Origin: Hydrolagus colliei
Taxonomy: Eukaryota
Length of the DNA: 64,000 nucleotides
Reading direction: 5' to 3'
Assembly: GCA_035084275.1 (NCBI GenBank)
Contig: CM068754.1
Location: forward strand, 9,672,001 to 9,736,000
Below, piece by piece: positions 51,010-64,000 of the stretch (the stretch's first letter is position 1; every line of letters starts with the position of its first letter). The notes under the pieces were generated by a model. The model saw only the letters and a program-made list of their open reading frames with translations. It was not told where the DNA came from and did not search any database. The translations under genes and the position numbers were made by a program.

Positions 51010-54000
51010 AATCCTGATATGGTTCCTAATTTGCCAGTATTGATCAGGTTTACATGGTTCTCAGTTCAATTTGGGAATATTTCTATTGATGTCTGTCATT
51101 TATTTGGCAATTCAGTCTGAACAAAATTAGCCGGAAACATAATGGAATATATCTATGCTTTACAGATCTGCTTGAGTTCTAAAATCTGCTACTGTCTGTA
51201 GATAAAGTTCGGCTTCAGGTAGGTGTGATTGCTAAATTAAAAAGTTCATTAGAAAATAAGACGCTATATCAAATGCAAGTACTGATTACTATTATTAACT
51301 CTAAGTATTTAAAGCTTTAGTACTGGTATTAGATTCATAATACGATAGATATATTTTGGAAAGGCGGCATGTTTCCAGGTGCCTCCAATATTGCCCTAAT
51401 TTCACAGGGGAGATACACAAAGTAGGGCTGGCCTTGCCTGACAATTGCTTCCCGGAACCATGTGTGATGTGCCAGCCTCTTCCCTACTGAAAATGTAAGC
51501 ACAGTCTGAGTCCTTTCATTCCCTGACACAATATATGGAAGCACTATGTGCTACAGCACCATACTGTCTCCACTCCTCAAATTGTTTCATATTTCATCTC
51601 ATGATTTATAATGTTGCACACATACAATTTAATAAGCAACACAACACGTTAAATAAAGACGTTGCTGGCATCTGTTGGTTTAACCGAGAGCAATTTCTGG
51701 CTAATACCACGGTTAATTTTTACATTGAAATAAAATTAAATTATATTTACTGAAGCATTTTATGGAGACTTGTATTCAAAATATCATTAGAAATTAACAT
51801 TTAAAGTTGTGATGCCGAACCATTAGGTATGGCGCAGAGCAGAAAATCCAGTTTGTCACAATCTCTGTCAAGTTTTTAGTCATTTCAACATGAAGAATTC
51901 CTATTGATTTAGAAAAAGGAAAGTGAGTATGGAACAAATGAGTTAAAGATCAATATCAGTCAGGATTCATTGTGTTTAACGATAGCCATGAACTAATTTT
52001 AGTAAATAACAAGAGAAAATATAACTAACATTTGGAGAAGACTTGTTCTGCCTTCCAAACATGAAACTTTTTCCTATAAAAGATCTGATACTTTGTGAAT
52101 GTTCTGGGATCAGTTGCTTTCAGTTGCTGGCAAATCGGACGCAATTCTAATTACCTTTGGGTAATCATTCTCACTTCCATTTTAGGGTAGCTTTAATGTT
52201 AAAAAATAACCCACCTATATGAATCTTCTTTACCAAGTTTACCTTTTATTCTGCATCCCAGATTCCACTGTTTTATAATAGGGGGAGAAAAGTCGCTTCT
52301 GATTGATTGAATGTCAACTCTAAAGCCATTTTTTTGCATAGCCATTCGAGGAGAAGAACTCTGAGTTGAATACGATCACATCGCAGGTGAAACTGGGTCA
52401 CTTTCTGACGTGAATTTCTCATGTCAAGTGCAGGCTTACCACTGCTACACATGCTATCTCATCCACAATACTAGTAGCCTGATTATGCTTGGCTGAGACA
52501 ACTCAGCCATTCTGTCAGGCTTGATTCATGGCATTCACGGAGCAAACGGATCAAAATGTAATCTTTTGATTTTTTAAAATTCTGATTAGAAATTCCGTCT
52601 GGAATCTGTACATGGTTAACCTCGACTCGTTGCGTCATGACTAATGTTTTCGGCGCAGCAGCTTCTCAGTGATTTTCCTTTTTTTGTGCAACTTTGCATT
52701 TAATAACAACTCAGGCGTAGTGATGGCATAGTGTCTTGTATAACCATCCAGGTGAAATTTTACAGCTCTTGTGAATCCTTTACACCACATAAAGGCAGAC
52801 AGGGGCACAGTAATGGTGTGACTCTTCTTTTTTCAGTAACCCATTGAATATGGTGCGACCATTGGCAGGATGTGTACTGTATTCCTGACAAAAGATGATA
52901 ATCCACACCATCACCCAGCATCCACATCCAATTTCCTCCATCTACCAGGTACCTCCACAGCTCAAAGGAATGGAATTTTAGAGGCTTTACCTGATGTATC
53001 TCTTTATGTGCAGCCGCGGCAGAAGTTGAACCACCTCTCTCGGATGTTGAAATCGTGACAATAGCAGACTGAAACGCCAGCCCTAGGAAGATCTGACTTC
53101 ATCATGCGCAGGGCAGATAATAACATGACAAACAAATTGTCCTGGTCAACCGAAGATAATTTCTAGCTCAAAAAGTGGACTTAAGTACAGTATTTCTTTC
53201 TCCTTTGAGGCATTTTTGGACATTAGCAGTATTGCCTCTGTCATTAATGTAAATCTACCACCAGCTTCCATGAGACAAATTACCCTAAACATCCCAGTGA
53301 AAAAACAACAATGTTTTGAGGGGTAAAATGTGAGCTTTCTTGTGTGAAGAAAACAACTATTTCCCCATCATGTAACATCAGCATGAATTAGATTCACAAA
53401 ATGCTTTTAAGAAGAGGTTCACACCACACTGAGCAATAGTTTATTAATTTACTTATTAACTGTATTCTGTGGAAATACAGTAAGCTTTTTGTAAACATTC
53501 ATCCAATGTAAAATTGCAACAGTCGCAGGTGGAAAATGGATTTTCTTAGCAGCTAAAGTGATTTGGGATTTTGTGATGAATGAACGTGGTTTAATTATCT
53601 GTGGTTCATACTTACAGGCTTGGAATGCTGGATTTCAGACTTTAATCCATCATTGAGTTCTTAAAAAGACATAGGATATCAACAGGTTTCCAGATGTTGA
53701 AGAGGCCATTTAGGATTCAGTCTTGAAGGTCAATTTTCTGTACTTTGCTTTCCAGTTGCACTTGAATATGCAGTGGAAGTTAGTGAGAATATAATCACAT
53801 CTAGGCATTCCAGGGGAAAATTGGTTCAGACACACAGGTTGACCCTATCAGTGCTGAATTTCTTTGGAGCTTTGAAAATGCACACATTTGCATTGAGTAA
53901 CATTGAAAATAATATATTTCATAAATGCTTTAAGTAAATTAGCATAAAGTAACAAATCTCTGAACATGACTTTCTTTAGTTGTTCCACATGGTTTTAATT

Positions 54001-54269
54001 TGAAACAGTTCAGTTTGGTACAAAGCATATAACCTTTAACAATTAGATTTACTGCATTGTTTTCAATAGTAACAAATGACTCACAAAAGCTTCTTGTCCA
54101 TTTTGCATAAGCCTTTCCCTTAAGCAATGTGCAAAGACTCTGTGGAGATAATGTATGAAGCTGGTGCGTGAGACACAATTTTTCATTGATATTTCTACTT
54201 AATTTTTTTGCCTTGTTCAGAGATGAAATCTTAATATCTCTCCTGTTCAAAGTAGCCCACTGTATCCAC

Positions 54270-54547
54270 ACAACCTTTCTTTCTGGAACTCCATCCTGGA
54301 ACCTCTCCAATTCAGCTCCTCCCCCACGTCTTTCAAGATCCAGCTTAAGACCTTCGTCTTTGATCATGCCTTTGGTCATCTTTCCACTTCCCATCCACCT
54401 CAGCTCCTACTCCCAGCTTGGGTGCCAAGACAAGCCTGTCAAGTGCCTTGAGACATCCTCCCGACATGAAAGGCACTATATAAATGTAAATTTGTATTTT
54501 ATTATGCTGACATGAAAGGCACTACATAAATGTAAATTTGTATTTTC
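54270..54547 (+). mobile_element. L2 3' end with tandemly duplicated terminus
   Basis: ctggaactccatcc...ttcaagatccagcttaagacc; gacatgaaaggcacta(t/c)ataaatgtaaatttgtatttt present twice. Confidence 0.88.
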
Positions 54548-54644
54548 TTATTATTTCATTATGTATTTTGTACTTATTATACTAGCAGTATTTAGCAAGT
54601 ACATTTAGACTCAGACTCTTGAGCCTCTGTGTAATGTCACAGAT

Positions 54645-54715
54645 ACCATGTCATTGAGACATCGTAAAGCGCTTCATGGGATTTTACTGTGAAATTCAGT
54701 CACTGTATAATTGTG
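54645..54715 (-). mobile_element. SINE 3' fragment
   Basis: gacatcgtaaagcgcttcatggg...actgtgaaattcagtcactgtataattgtg. Confidence 0.6.
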
Positions 54716-54795
54716 ATGGGTCTATAATACAATATTTAAAATAAGACTCATAATTAGCAATCCTGCTATTAAGTGAAAGTGCATCATTTCGACAT

Positions 54796-54972
54796 CAACA
54801 ACAACAACGACTTGCATTTATATAGCGCCCTCCACACCGGACGGCATCTCGGAGCGCTTCACAATGGCGGCGTCTGAGGCCGAGCCAGGGGGAAAGGGAA
54901 GGTGACCGTAAGCGCAGTTGAAGAGAAAGGTCTTTGGGCGTGACCTGGGGGTGCGGAGGAGTGGAGAGATTT
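54796..54972 (-). mobile_element. Second-family L2 3' end, CpG-retaining (young)
   Basis: (caa)n-cgacttgcatttatatagcgccctccacaccggacggcatctcggagcgct...gaagagaaaggtcttt. Confidence 0.85.
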
Positions 54973-55842
54973 AAACACAAGAGTGACATGCAGGAACTCT
55001 GCTCTGGAAATAGGAAGCATCAGAACAAAATTCCTCTATTTCAGATCATGTTCGCACCTGGAGTGGCTATTTGCAATACCGGTTATGTATACGGCGTTTC
55101 AAATCTCAATACAGAACTCAATCTTGGGCACAACAATATTTTTAAGTGATCGTCGTTTCAAACATCGTCCTGCATAGCAAACTTTACTATTGGAGACAGA
55201 AACAGAAATAATGAATGTACCTTCCTGCGCTTTAAGGTGACAATGCATTTTAAAAAATAAAAAAGATAGAATAAGTTGCTAATGGAAAACCAAATATTTC
55301 CTTTTTAAATGGTGAGAAAATGAAGCATGACATATTTATTTCACAGTTACACAAAGCATGTACATTAATATATAGGTTAACAAATAATATATTCTTCTGG
55401 AAGTAAGTGACCATTTTAATATGTTTTCATGCCTACAGCTATTTAGAAAATGTAACTGTTTATAATAATGTACATCAGTGTTGCTTCATACACGTTTTTT
55501 TCCAAAATCACCAGTTTTCTAAATTCTCAAGTCAATTAAAATAAAATATGTTTTTACATTCGACACGTGACTTGGTTATAATTCTTTGTACATTAGCTTT
55601 GGAAGGAATACAACATCGAATTTGAATATATTGCATTATAAGTGGCATTTTTGCATACAAGATTGTTACAGCACTATTTTACACAAAAATAACAATAATA
55701 TATTCATGTCACATCACTATTTTATAGAAAAATATCAATGTAGGTATTCAATGGCAGCCAGTTGTAAATTACTCTGTGCGCAATTGTCCAATTAGCTAGC
55801 CAAACTGCAATAGAATTTCTCTAGTGATTCTATGCTGGCATA

Positions 55843-55862
55843 ATCCTCCCCTCTAGTGGCTG
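55843..55862 (-). promoter_or_regulatory. Candidate CTCF site
   Basis: Minus strand CAGCCACTAGAGGGGAG against core CCACYAGRGGGCR; one core mismatch; lies in non-repeat DNA. Confidence 0.4.
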
Positions 55863-56059
55863 CAAAATGAAAGGTACAAATTGTTGGATGCATAGACATG
55901 TACGGAACTAAAAACTCAATAATTTGTGCACACAGAGCAATTTACAGTAATACTTCAAATAACCAATGTTCACCGAAGTATTATTGACTGAGATGAGACA
56001 GGCACTGGTGGCAACGATTTAAACAGGATCATCATGAGTCACTCAAGACTTAGACTTAG

Positions 56060-56605
56060 GTTCTTAGTGCTGCCCACAGCATGGAAATAGCCCTGGTCAA
56101 AGTCTCTTAAGGACATTCGAAACATCTGCGACCAGGACTCTTTCTGTCTCCTTATCCTCCTCGACCTCTCTGCTGCCTTTGACACTGTCGATCAATCTAT
56201 CCTCCTACACCGCCTCTCCTCTCAGCTGAATCTTCGTGAACCTGCCATTGCCTAGTTTGAATCTTATCTATTCCATCATCTCCACTTTGTCACCATTAAC
56301 AGCTTCTCCTCCAGCCCCTCAGGATTCTGTTCTTGGCCCTCTCATTTTCAACATCTGTATGCTCCCCCTTGGTGACATCATGCGCAGACATAGCGGATAG
56401 CACCCAACTCTTTTTCTCTGCCTCCACACTCGATTCCAACACCACTGCTGTCCTGACAGACTGCCTGTCGGATATCAAGTCCTGGACCAGAGCTAATTTC
56501 CTATAGTTAAATGTCAACAAGGCCAAGGTCCTCCACCTCCGCAGCCTTGGGACGTCCTCCCGACATGAAAGGCAGTATACAACCCAAATTTTGTTGTTGT
56601 TGTTG
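56060..56605 (+). mobile_element. Internally deleted L2 (RT core joined directly to 3' tail)
   Basis: HSMEIALVKV, LLILLDLSAAFDTVDQSILLHRL, PQDSVLGPLIFNICMLPLGDIMRRH, ADSTQL, CLSDIKSW..NFL*LNVNK, then immediately gccttgggacgtcctcccgac...(ttg)n. Confidence 0.93.
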
Positions 56606-58379
56606 CTTCCTCGTTGCTTCAATAAACCACGTTTGTTTATGTGGCCAAATTTAGTTTTAGGTTTAGTTAGAAACTGAACAATCTCACTGGTACAGGTGAT
56701 TAAAATTAAAGACATACCTCATTGAAACGGGAACAGTTAGAGTAGAGTACAACTCCAAGTGATTTGACTATGTGAGCTGAGCCTAAGTAACAAGAGGAAC
56801 ATGTTCAGTTCACTGTGGTTGGAAGAGTAATCGGACCTTTCCAGTGCAACAGTACAGTGATAACATTATGGCTAATTTTGTAGGCTTTAACAAAATTTTA
56901 TTTTGTTTGTATCTGAGTCAGAAATAAATGAAGAACTATTTTTAGTTGGAGAAATGTACTGTATGACCTTAACCTGTCTGCTTGAAGTGTGAAGTAAGCT
57001 CACCTGAAATTCACAATTCTTTCATGTTGTACAAGTTAATCCACAAATATTCCAGGAAAGCCAAAGGGACACACACAAAAAAGCAATTGGTCATTACAGT
57101 ATTTGAAGCTGAAACAGCCAAACATAATGATGAAAGTACATTTCCTTTCACCACCAACATTTAATGGGATCAAAGTCAGTTATATAGTAAAATGGAATCC
57201 TTCAGCCCTACTCTGAAAGGTGTAAAAATCATTCAATATGATTGTTAAATGTGAAAATATATCCTTTCTTCTTAAAACATTGTGCAATATAAACTAGAAT
57301 AATATTCATGTACTATACATATCTAAAGACCACTTTCCTGCCAGTAATTTCAAGGCTGGAACTAAAATTGCTTAGATTTGTCCTCCCATCGTAAAAGATG
57401 AATTGTATTATGTTGAAAAATGAACCCCCCAAATGTACATGTAATGCTACATATGCTACCTTTGTGCTCCTAATGTTGTGACCATAATTTTAAATGGTCC
57501 CTATCTAACCAAGGGAACTTAATTTCTATCACTTCTCGTCAAAATACTGTGAGGAACCTTTGTTTCGACCCCTATGGTTCTAGGCCCATTTCTGGCCACC
57601 ACATTTCCAATCTTTACTACCCCAAAGTTATTTTTCTTCTCATATTGAATGTATTTAATGGGAATCCTTAGAGAAGTATTCTTGTCTAATATTCCCTTTG
57701 TTGACCCAAGATGCATAAAACCAACTGTAGCAACCCATCCACTAACCCCTGAGTGGGTCTCAACCAATTTGATTGGCATTAGCTTTGGCTTTGAAAACAT
57801 TTCACTGGTCCAAATAAAAGTGCGTGCAACGTTGGCCATCCTGTCAGTATAAATGAATAATGATCTCATTTAGCATGTGCCAGGCTCCAGAGAAGTGAAC
57901 TCTATAATGTTGCAGCTGCTGGGTCAAACAAGAAGTGCAAATTCAAGGACACAAAGTAATAAATGGTAGACAATGTAATTTGCCCATTTATTCTTTTATT
58001 TGCATTTTGTCAACAAAAAAGTGGGGTAAAAAACCGCCCTGCCTCTGGTTGGCTGTGCTGATCACTGACTCCAACAAGCTAAGTCCTCAGCTGACCTCTC
58101 TGTTTCACCATTGCATTACTTCTGCATGCTGTATTCTACATTCCATTTTTGCAAGTGTTTAGAAAACCATAACGCAGAGTAATATTTATTTACTCGTTGA
58201 GACATTAAAGCTGCTCGCTCAATACTTTTTTAACGCTGACCATGTTTTGGCGGATTTTTTTCCGTGTCTAAGTGAATCTTTCCCAGGCATATTCCACTGG
58301 ACACCAGGCATGATTATGATGACTTCAGGATAAACCTGTAAAATAGCGAAATATGCCAATGTGAACACATTTGTTATGT

Positions 58380-58697
58380 GGAGTCCTGTTGCTCAATGAT
58401 TAGAGTACTCGCCTTACAAGCGAGAGACCTGGGTTCAATTCCAGGCAGGGTGAAACTTTGAGCAAGTTTCTTTACTCCACATGCCTAATGATATTCCCTA
58501 AAAAAAATTGGTAATTTCAATCCACGACTGTTTGTAGGACACTACTGTGCACAATTGGCTGCCGTATTTCACCTGCAAATATACAGACATTCTACAGTAT
58601 ATTCTGTGAAATTTACTTTACAGAATATTCTGTGAAGTGCTTTGAGACTCTAGAAGACATGAAAAACGCTATATCAAATGCAAGGATTATTATTATT
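58380..58697 (+). mobile_element. Full-length tRNA-derived SINE
   Basis: A box ttgctcaatga, B box ggttcaattcc, core, Deu segment, internal 18-bp duplication and (att)n tail. Confidence 0.95.
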
Positions 58698-58732
58698 TCA
58701 CCATCTTTGACAGATATGCTGATCAGTTTTAA

Positions 58733-58798
58733 TACAACAGTAACAACAAATTACTTGTGTATAGCATCTTTCACCTCAGGAGGACGTCCTAAGATGCT
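58733..58798 (-). mobile_element. Stand-alone L2 tail
   Basis: aacaacaaattacttgtgtatagcatctttcacctcaggaggacgtcctaagatgct. Confidence 0.8.
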
Positions 58799-60035
58799 AA
58801 TAACTTGACAAATGGATACCTCTTATAGAAAGAGCGGTAAACTAACTTTTAAAAAAAAAAAACATGTGGCATATAAACCTAGATTTTATATATAGTTAGC
58901 AGAAGCATCGCTAATGTATGCAGAATTTGTGAGAATTTATATTTTTTATTTAGCAAAAGGTAGTTGAACAGTTTTTAGTGTTCTGACTGGCAATGAACAG
59001 TATTGCAAATAACCTCTGGTAGAAGCACACATTTTTCCTTTAGGAAACATTCTGACACAGGAGTTCATTGTACTTTCCCACTATTGTCCTGGTTGAGATA
59101 AGCAAAGTCAATTTAGAAACATACTCAATCTGGAAAATCCTGCTTCAGTGTATTCATCAGTGTCTAGTGCATTTAGGCACTGATTCATTGGGGATTTAAC
59201 TCTATTTCAACATTGAACTTGACAATAATGAGGGTGTTTATCAGGGCTCAATGTCCAGCAGGTAGGGACTCCAAATTCAAGAGAGTCTACCATTGTGTCC
59301 ACACTGCCTTACTGCTCAGCTCAGGGAGCAAACATGGCCACTTTAAGGAAACAAACAACACAAAAATGCCTCCTCCCTTTTAAGAAGGTTGTTCGTTAAG
59401 GAAACTGGTCAGCTGTTGAGAATGATTACTGAGCTGGTCACTTATTATTTAAGTTCATCTCATGCAGGTCAGGGGGGCAAATCAGGCAGGAAGTCAGTGA
59501 GAAGAGTTTTTTTTTGCTAGCAGAACAAGAAGTCTGATGAGAACAAATAGGCTGATGATGGGAGAGAGCCAGCAACGCTGACCTCCTTGAAGGACTTTAA
59601 AACTGGGAACTAGCAAGTGTAGGAAACTGGTGTTCTTGTCATGCTAGGTTACAGTGGGAAGCATTCAAACATTGCGTGGGGAATGTGAACATTCATAAGA
59701 TACTTTGAATCTGTTAAGGTCATCTTTGTTTTCAGTGCTCTAAGTAATAATAGACAAATTTAGAAATGGGTAAAAGATGACTTGGGATAGAACTTTATTA
59801 GAAGAACGAGAAAAGGTCTTTAGAAGATTAAAATGCTGGGCCTTTTGTTAGTGGATGGAGTGTTGCCTTGCAGTGATCTTACCACATCTTCTGGAAAGCC
59901 AAGTTGGCAACTTCCATGAAACGCAAGTGGTTTTGGCAAAGTGCAATCTTTTAAGATGAAGTGCCATAAATATGCTCTGACTAAGTTGATTCAGTTTCAA
60001 ATTATGTATAATCTTCCTCAGCAAATCAGATATTG

Positions 60036-60513
60036 TACTATCCCGCACCCGCCTCCGCGACCACATAACCCCCACCCTCGCCCGTCTCCACTGGCTCCCC
60101 ATCCTCCAGAGGATCGAGTTTAAGATCCTTGTCCTCACCTACAAGGCCTTACACGGCCTTGCCCCATCCTACTTAACCGATCTACTCTCCCCCTACACGC
60201 CCACCCGGACCCTCCGTTCAACAGGACTTGGCCTGCTCCAAGCCCCCCGCCCGAACCGCCCCACCATCGGAGGCCGGGCCTTCAGTTTCTCCGCTCCCAC
60301 CTTATGGAATGCCATCCCTCAATCCCTTTCCTCTTTCAAGGCCGGTTTGAAGACTTTCCTCTTCGATCGTGCCTTTTGTTCCACCCTGAACTCTTTTACC
60401 TCCCCTTCGTGTTTCACCCCTTCCCAAACACTCCCCTCCCAGCTCAGGTCACATGCCTCCTGTTCAGCGCCTTGGGACGTCCTCCCGACGTGAAAGGCGC
60501 TCTATAAATGTAA

Positions 60514-60547
<34 letters not shown>
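60036..60547 (+). mobile_element. Young L2 3' end
   Basis: RTRLRDHITPTLARLHWLPILQRIEFKILVLTYKALHGLAPSYLTDLL..RTLRS; intact hairpin tail; long (ttg)n. Confidence 0.96.
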
Positions 60548-60548
<1 letters not shown>

Positions 60549-60724
60549 ATTACTTTTTGCTGCACAGAATTTAAAAAGGTGGGGTCAGATTCAGAAAAAC
60601 AATTGAAGGAAAGTGTACTGTGAAGACTACTCAAATAATTTATAATTGTATCTTCATATTCAATAAATGTTGAAGTAATTTTATTTATAATTTGTTTCAT
60701 TTGCCTTTCATTAAATTGGCTGCT

Positions 60725-60866
60725 TATCAGGAAGGGTGGAAGAGGTAATGAACCTCATTTAAGAAACGGCTTGATGCTATAATGGGGGTGAGGTAGGGGG
60801 GGTATTCTGGAAGGATGAGAATAAATGAGCTAAATTGCCTTCTTCATCCAAACCTAATTTGTGATT
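60725..60866 (+). mobile_element. CR1 3' end
   Basis: SFKKRLDAIMG, then gtattctggaaggatgag...aaattgccttcttcatcc...ttgtgat. Confidence 0.7.
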
Positions 60867-61857
60867 GGATTTCAGGAGCAGTGAAGACTGTGCAAATGAG
60901 CTGGCAGATAAATAGGACAGAGTTGAGAGATGAAATATAAGTAACTGGAAAATGAGATAGCAACAACAATCTCATGATGGTGAAAGCGATGGGAGAAAAG
61001 ATGTTAAAAGGCCAGAATAAACAAACTAAACCAAATGGGGAAGCATGTTTTGTTAAACAGTAAAGAAAATGAGAACACAGTAATGAAAGTGTTGGAGCGC
61101 TAATGCAATATAGCTAAAACATGACATTGTCACTTATCTACAATCTTTTAAAATGTCCATCTTCTTCAGTTACAAACATTGAGTGCTCTCGACAATCGTA
61201 TCTAAGCTTTTGCGACAAAAAGGCAGAAAACATTTGTGCAGGATTCAAATCCTCATGTAAGCTTATCCATGCTCTTCACCATCAGCAACTTTGATGTTCT
61301 CTAAAGCCTATACCTGGCCTGTGATGAAATTGTAGCTCTCTATAGCAGCTTGTAGAAGGAAAACAAACATTCTTTGTTTCTGGATGAAGTAAGTCCAGGC
61401 CATGTATCACATTCCATCATGTGCTGGCCCTTTCATTTGGGGAAATGGTGCTTGACATGAGGCGGTGTTAAACGGAAAAGAAAGTGCAGGAAAAGGAAGG
61501 CATAGAGCACAAGAAACAGAAAGGTAGACAAACATGCACAAGGGAGATCTGAAACTCGCTGGAAATTTGGTGCGGTCTTTTTATAATGGTGAAAACTCTG
61601 CAAAGCAATTCTCATTTTTGTTTGATACAGTAGATAGTAAATGTGTCGGCTCTGTGATTTTTAACTTGGAGGGCAAGAAATAAAAGAGATCTCCATTTCA
61701 AAATCAACAAATGCTTCCCATCTTGACGTAAGACAGCAAAGGCGCCAAGTTATCCCCAGAGCATCACGATCAGAGAAGAGACTCACAAAACTGAACTTGA
61801 CTTAATTTGAGAAAGAAGATGAGGGGCTGCGCGAATAATTGTAAATAATTAAAAATT

Positions 61858-61955
61858 AAAAAATAATAATCCTTACATTTGGTGTAATACCTCTCCCGTT
61901 AGGAGGATGTCTTGTAGTGTTTCATAGAATATACTTTCAAGTGTATTGACTATTA
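61858..61955 (-). mobile_element. SINE/L2-type tail, degenerate
   Basis: aataataatccttacatttggtgtaatacc...aggaggatgtc...ttcatagaatatac. Confidence 0.65.
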
Positions 61956-64000
61956 CAACAGATCTTTGAAACACTGAGAAAATTTGGTGTTGTACGACAG
62001 GCGATTTGGACTGTCAGCAAACTAGGGAAGGGGGTTTAAAATGATCTATCTACAAGACAACAAAACTTTTTAAAGCAATATTTGATAAGTAGAACAGATG
62101 TCTAAGAGAAAATATTTGCTTTTTTTAACTTCGAGTTTTTACTCTGAGTTTTAGTTGTTAAGAAATATCTAGGGAATAAACCTTTTTATGATACCTTTTT
62201 TTTAAAAAATGAAAAAAAGTAAATCAATGCAACTGCAAATATTTAATCGGCATTTGGTGGTTAATCTTGCCAAATTTTCATTTCAAAAGCACCCTGACAA
62301 GCACAAGGTAGCATCAAATTTGCAATGTGGAGTTTGTTTCATTTGCATGTAAACATTTAAATGCACATAAAGTATAATCAGAAAACCAAGGCCAGCTACA
62401 CTCAACTATGTTGACACAATGCTGTTAGATTTGGTGAGCTAATCCCAGGTAACATTTTGTATTTCTGTCTGACAGAAAAACATTTACTTGCTGAAGGGAC
62501 TAATCATTCTGGACGTAGATGGGCAGTGCAACTCATCAAAACACATTCAAATTATTCCTGTTCTATAGTTTATAATTGCGGTAAATTGACATACTCTGGA
62601 TAATTAGCCTTTGACAGTAGAACTTAAACTTCTTTGCTGGCAGTAAATGCATTTCTATCTTTCCGTAAAACCATAGTTACAAAAATAACGAGATTGTAAG
62701 TAATTATTGTTAATTAAAACAAACTGCATTCCTGACAAAAATGCCTCAAAGATTAGTTCAAACATTTGACACTCTAATTTTTCTATAATTTTGTCTTACT
62801 TGTGCGTCATTAAAGTAATTAAACTTGACATTGTTTCTCTTTATGAAGCTCATTAGTGTTATGAGGTTTCAAATGTATCCACTTGAACATGTGTCCCGGG
62901 AGAATCAGAAAAGTTCTGTATCCTTTCTACCAATTCCATACAACCTTTGCTATTAGCTACGATGAGGACACTGCCTATAAAAACAGAACAATAAAGTATA
63001 TTGTTTCAGGCATTTGTGTGTGTGCTTAACACAATTAGCATTGTTTTTCCTCTTGACATAGTTCAATGTAATTTTTGATCTGTGATGAGATTGAAGATGT
63101 ATTTTACATGACTGAAAACAGCACTTTGCAATCATTGGAAGTTGTTGCACATGTTCACATAAATTTTATATGGGATAAATGCTTAAGTATGCTACAGTAC
63201 TTAATCACACTACATGAAAACATTCTGAATTTAATAACAAGTTTTGCTTTCCAATGCTGCTAGCAAATGGTGAATTGCAAATTAATAAAATTTCATGTTT
63301 TGTTTAAATTGCAATGAAGAGTTTAAGGAGCTAAAGGAGATTTGATGAATGCTACAACATATACCTATAATTTCTAATAAGCAAAGAGCGTTTTTTAAAA
63401 GTTTAAAATAGATTGATCAGTATTTGCAAATTGAAAACAGGAGCTGTTAAATCTATTGCTTGAGTGCATGCGTGCGGAATTTAAATGGACTTAAATTAAA
63501 TATTTCTCTTAAATGAACTCAACCATACAATTGCATAGAAATTAAAGTGAATATAAACTATATTAAATAGAGTGTAATATTTATTATGCATATTTAAGAG
63601 GGACATATGGTCCAGTTTAGATTTGGATGATAGACACGTTAATCTAGTACAGTATATGACAATTGAATTGACACTACAGTATTTGTAAGATGCACAAAGC
63701 GGATATAAGCTCCACTAATAATAGTGCAGTATCTGTTTACTGTTCAGATTACAGCATTAAACCTACCATTTACCCAGGACATGAAGCAGGAAACCAAATA
63801 AGTGAAGAGATTCCAATGTTAAGAAAGTGAATAAGAAGCTTTCTGGTGATGATGTGCTGATTCCCCAATGTACCATCAGCAAGTAATTAAAATGTGTGGG
63901 GGCAAACTGAACATCAGCATGGGCTTGTTTATTCTCATTATTTTATAATTCTAAAAACCCTCTAGGTGATATGACAGAGCAGTATAGAACATAATTCAGA

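Noticed and set aside
53616-53659. Minus-strand exon-like segment (LNDGLKSEIQHSKP|gtaagt)
   Set aside because: AAG acceptor, isolated, and expected by chance in 64 kb.
53939-54515. 151- and 115-aa ORFs; likewise 56296-56715 and 14342-14719
   Set aside because: They overlap L2 or SINE remnants and show no domain similarity.
58380-58450. tRNA-like sequences here and at 49975-50047 and 28200-28270
   Set aside because: SINE heads continuing into SINE bodies; no proper acceptor stem or T-run terminator.
29537-60547. Recurring ~36-bp hairpin resembling a CRISPR repeat
   Set aside because: Dispersed on both strands with microsatellite tails and no regular spacers or cas genes; these are LINE tails.

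Overview
AT-rich, CpG-poor vertebrate non-coding DNA (large intron or gene desert). The repeat complement (tRNA-headed Deu-core SINEs and L2 LINEs sharing one 3' hairpin tail, plus CR1) points to a cartilaginous fish, probably a chimaera; that assignment is inference. I found no intact protein-coding gene, RNA gene or CRISPR array. The listed ORFs are LINE fragments, low-complexity sequence or chance. The window holds many SINE, L2 and CR1 pieces and two hAT MITEs with perfect 8-bp TSDs. It also holds a one-ended hAT-like element carrying a promoter-motif cassette, and an old Gypsy LTR relic (gag-PR-RT-RNaseH) with nested insertions. The least explained signal is at 32.2-33.6 kb (minus strand): a diverged internal duplication with codon-like conservation inside a chain of phase-compatible short exons, possibly a fossil spliced gene. 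Candidate conserved non-coding elements and a possible microexon are flagged. I see no clearly novel biological system. Boundaries of degenerate repeats are approximate.
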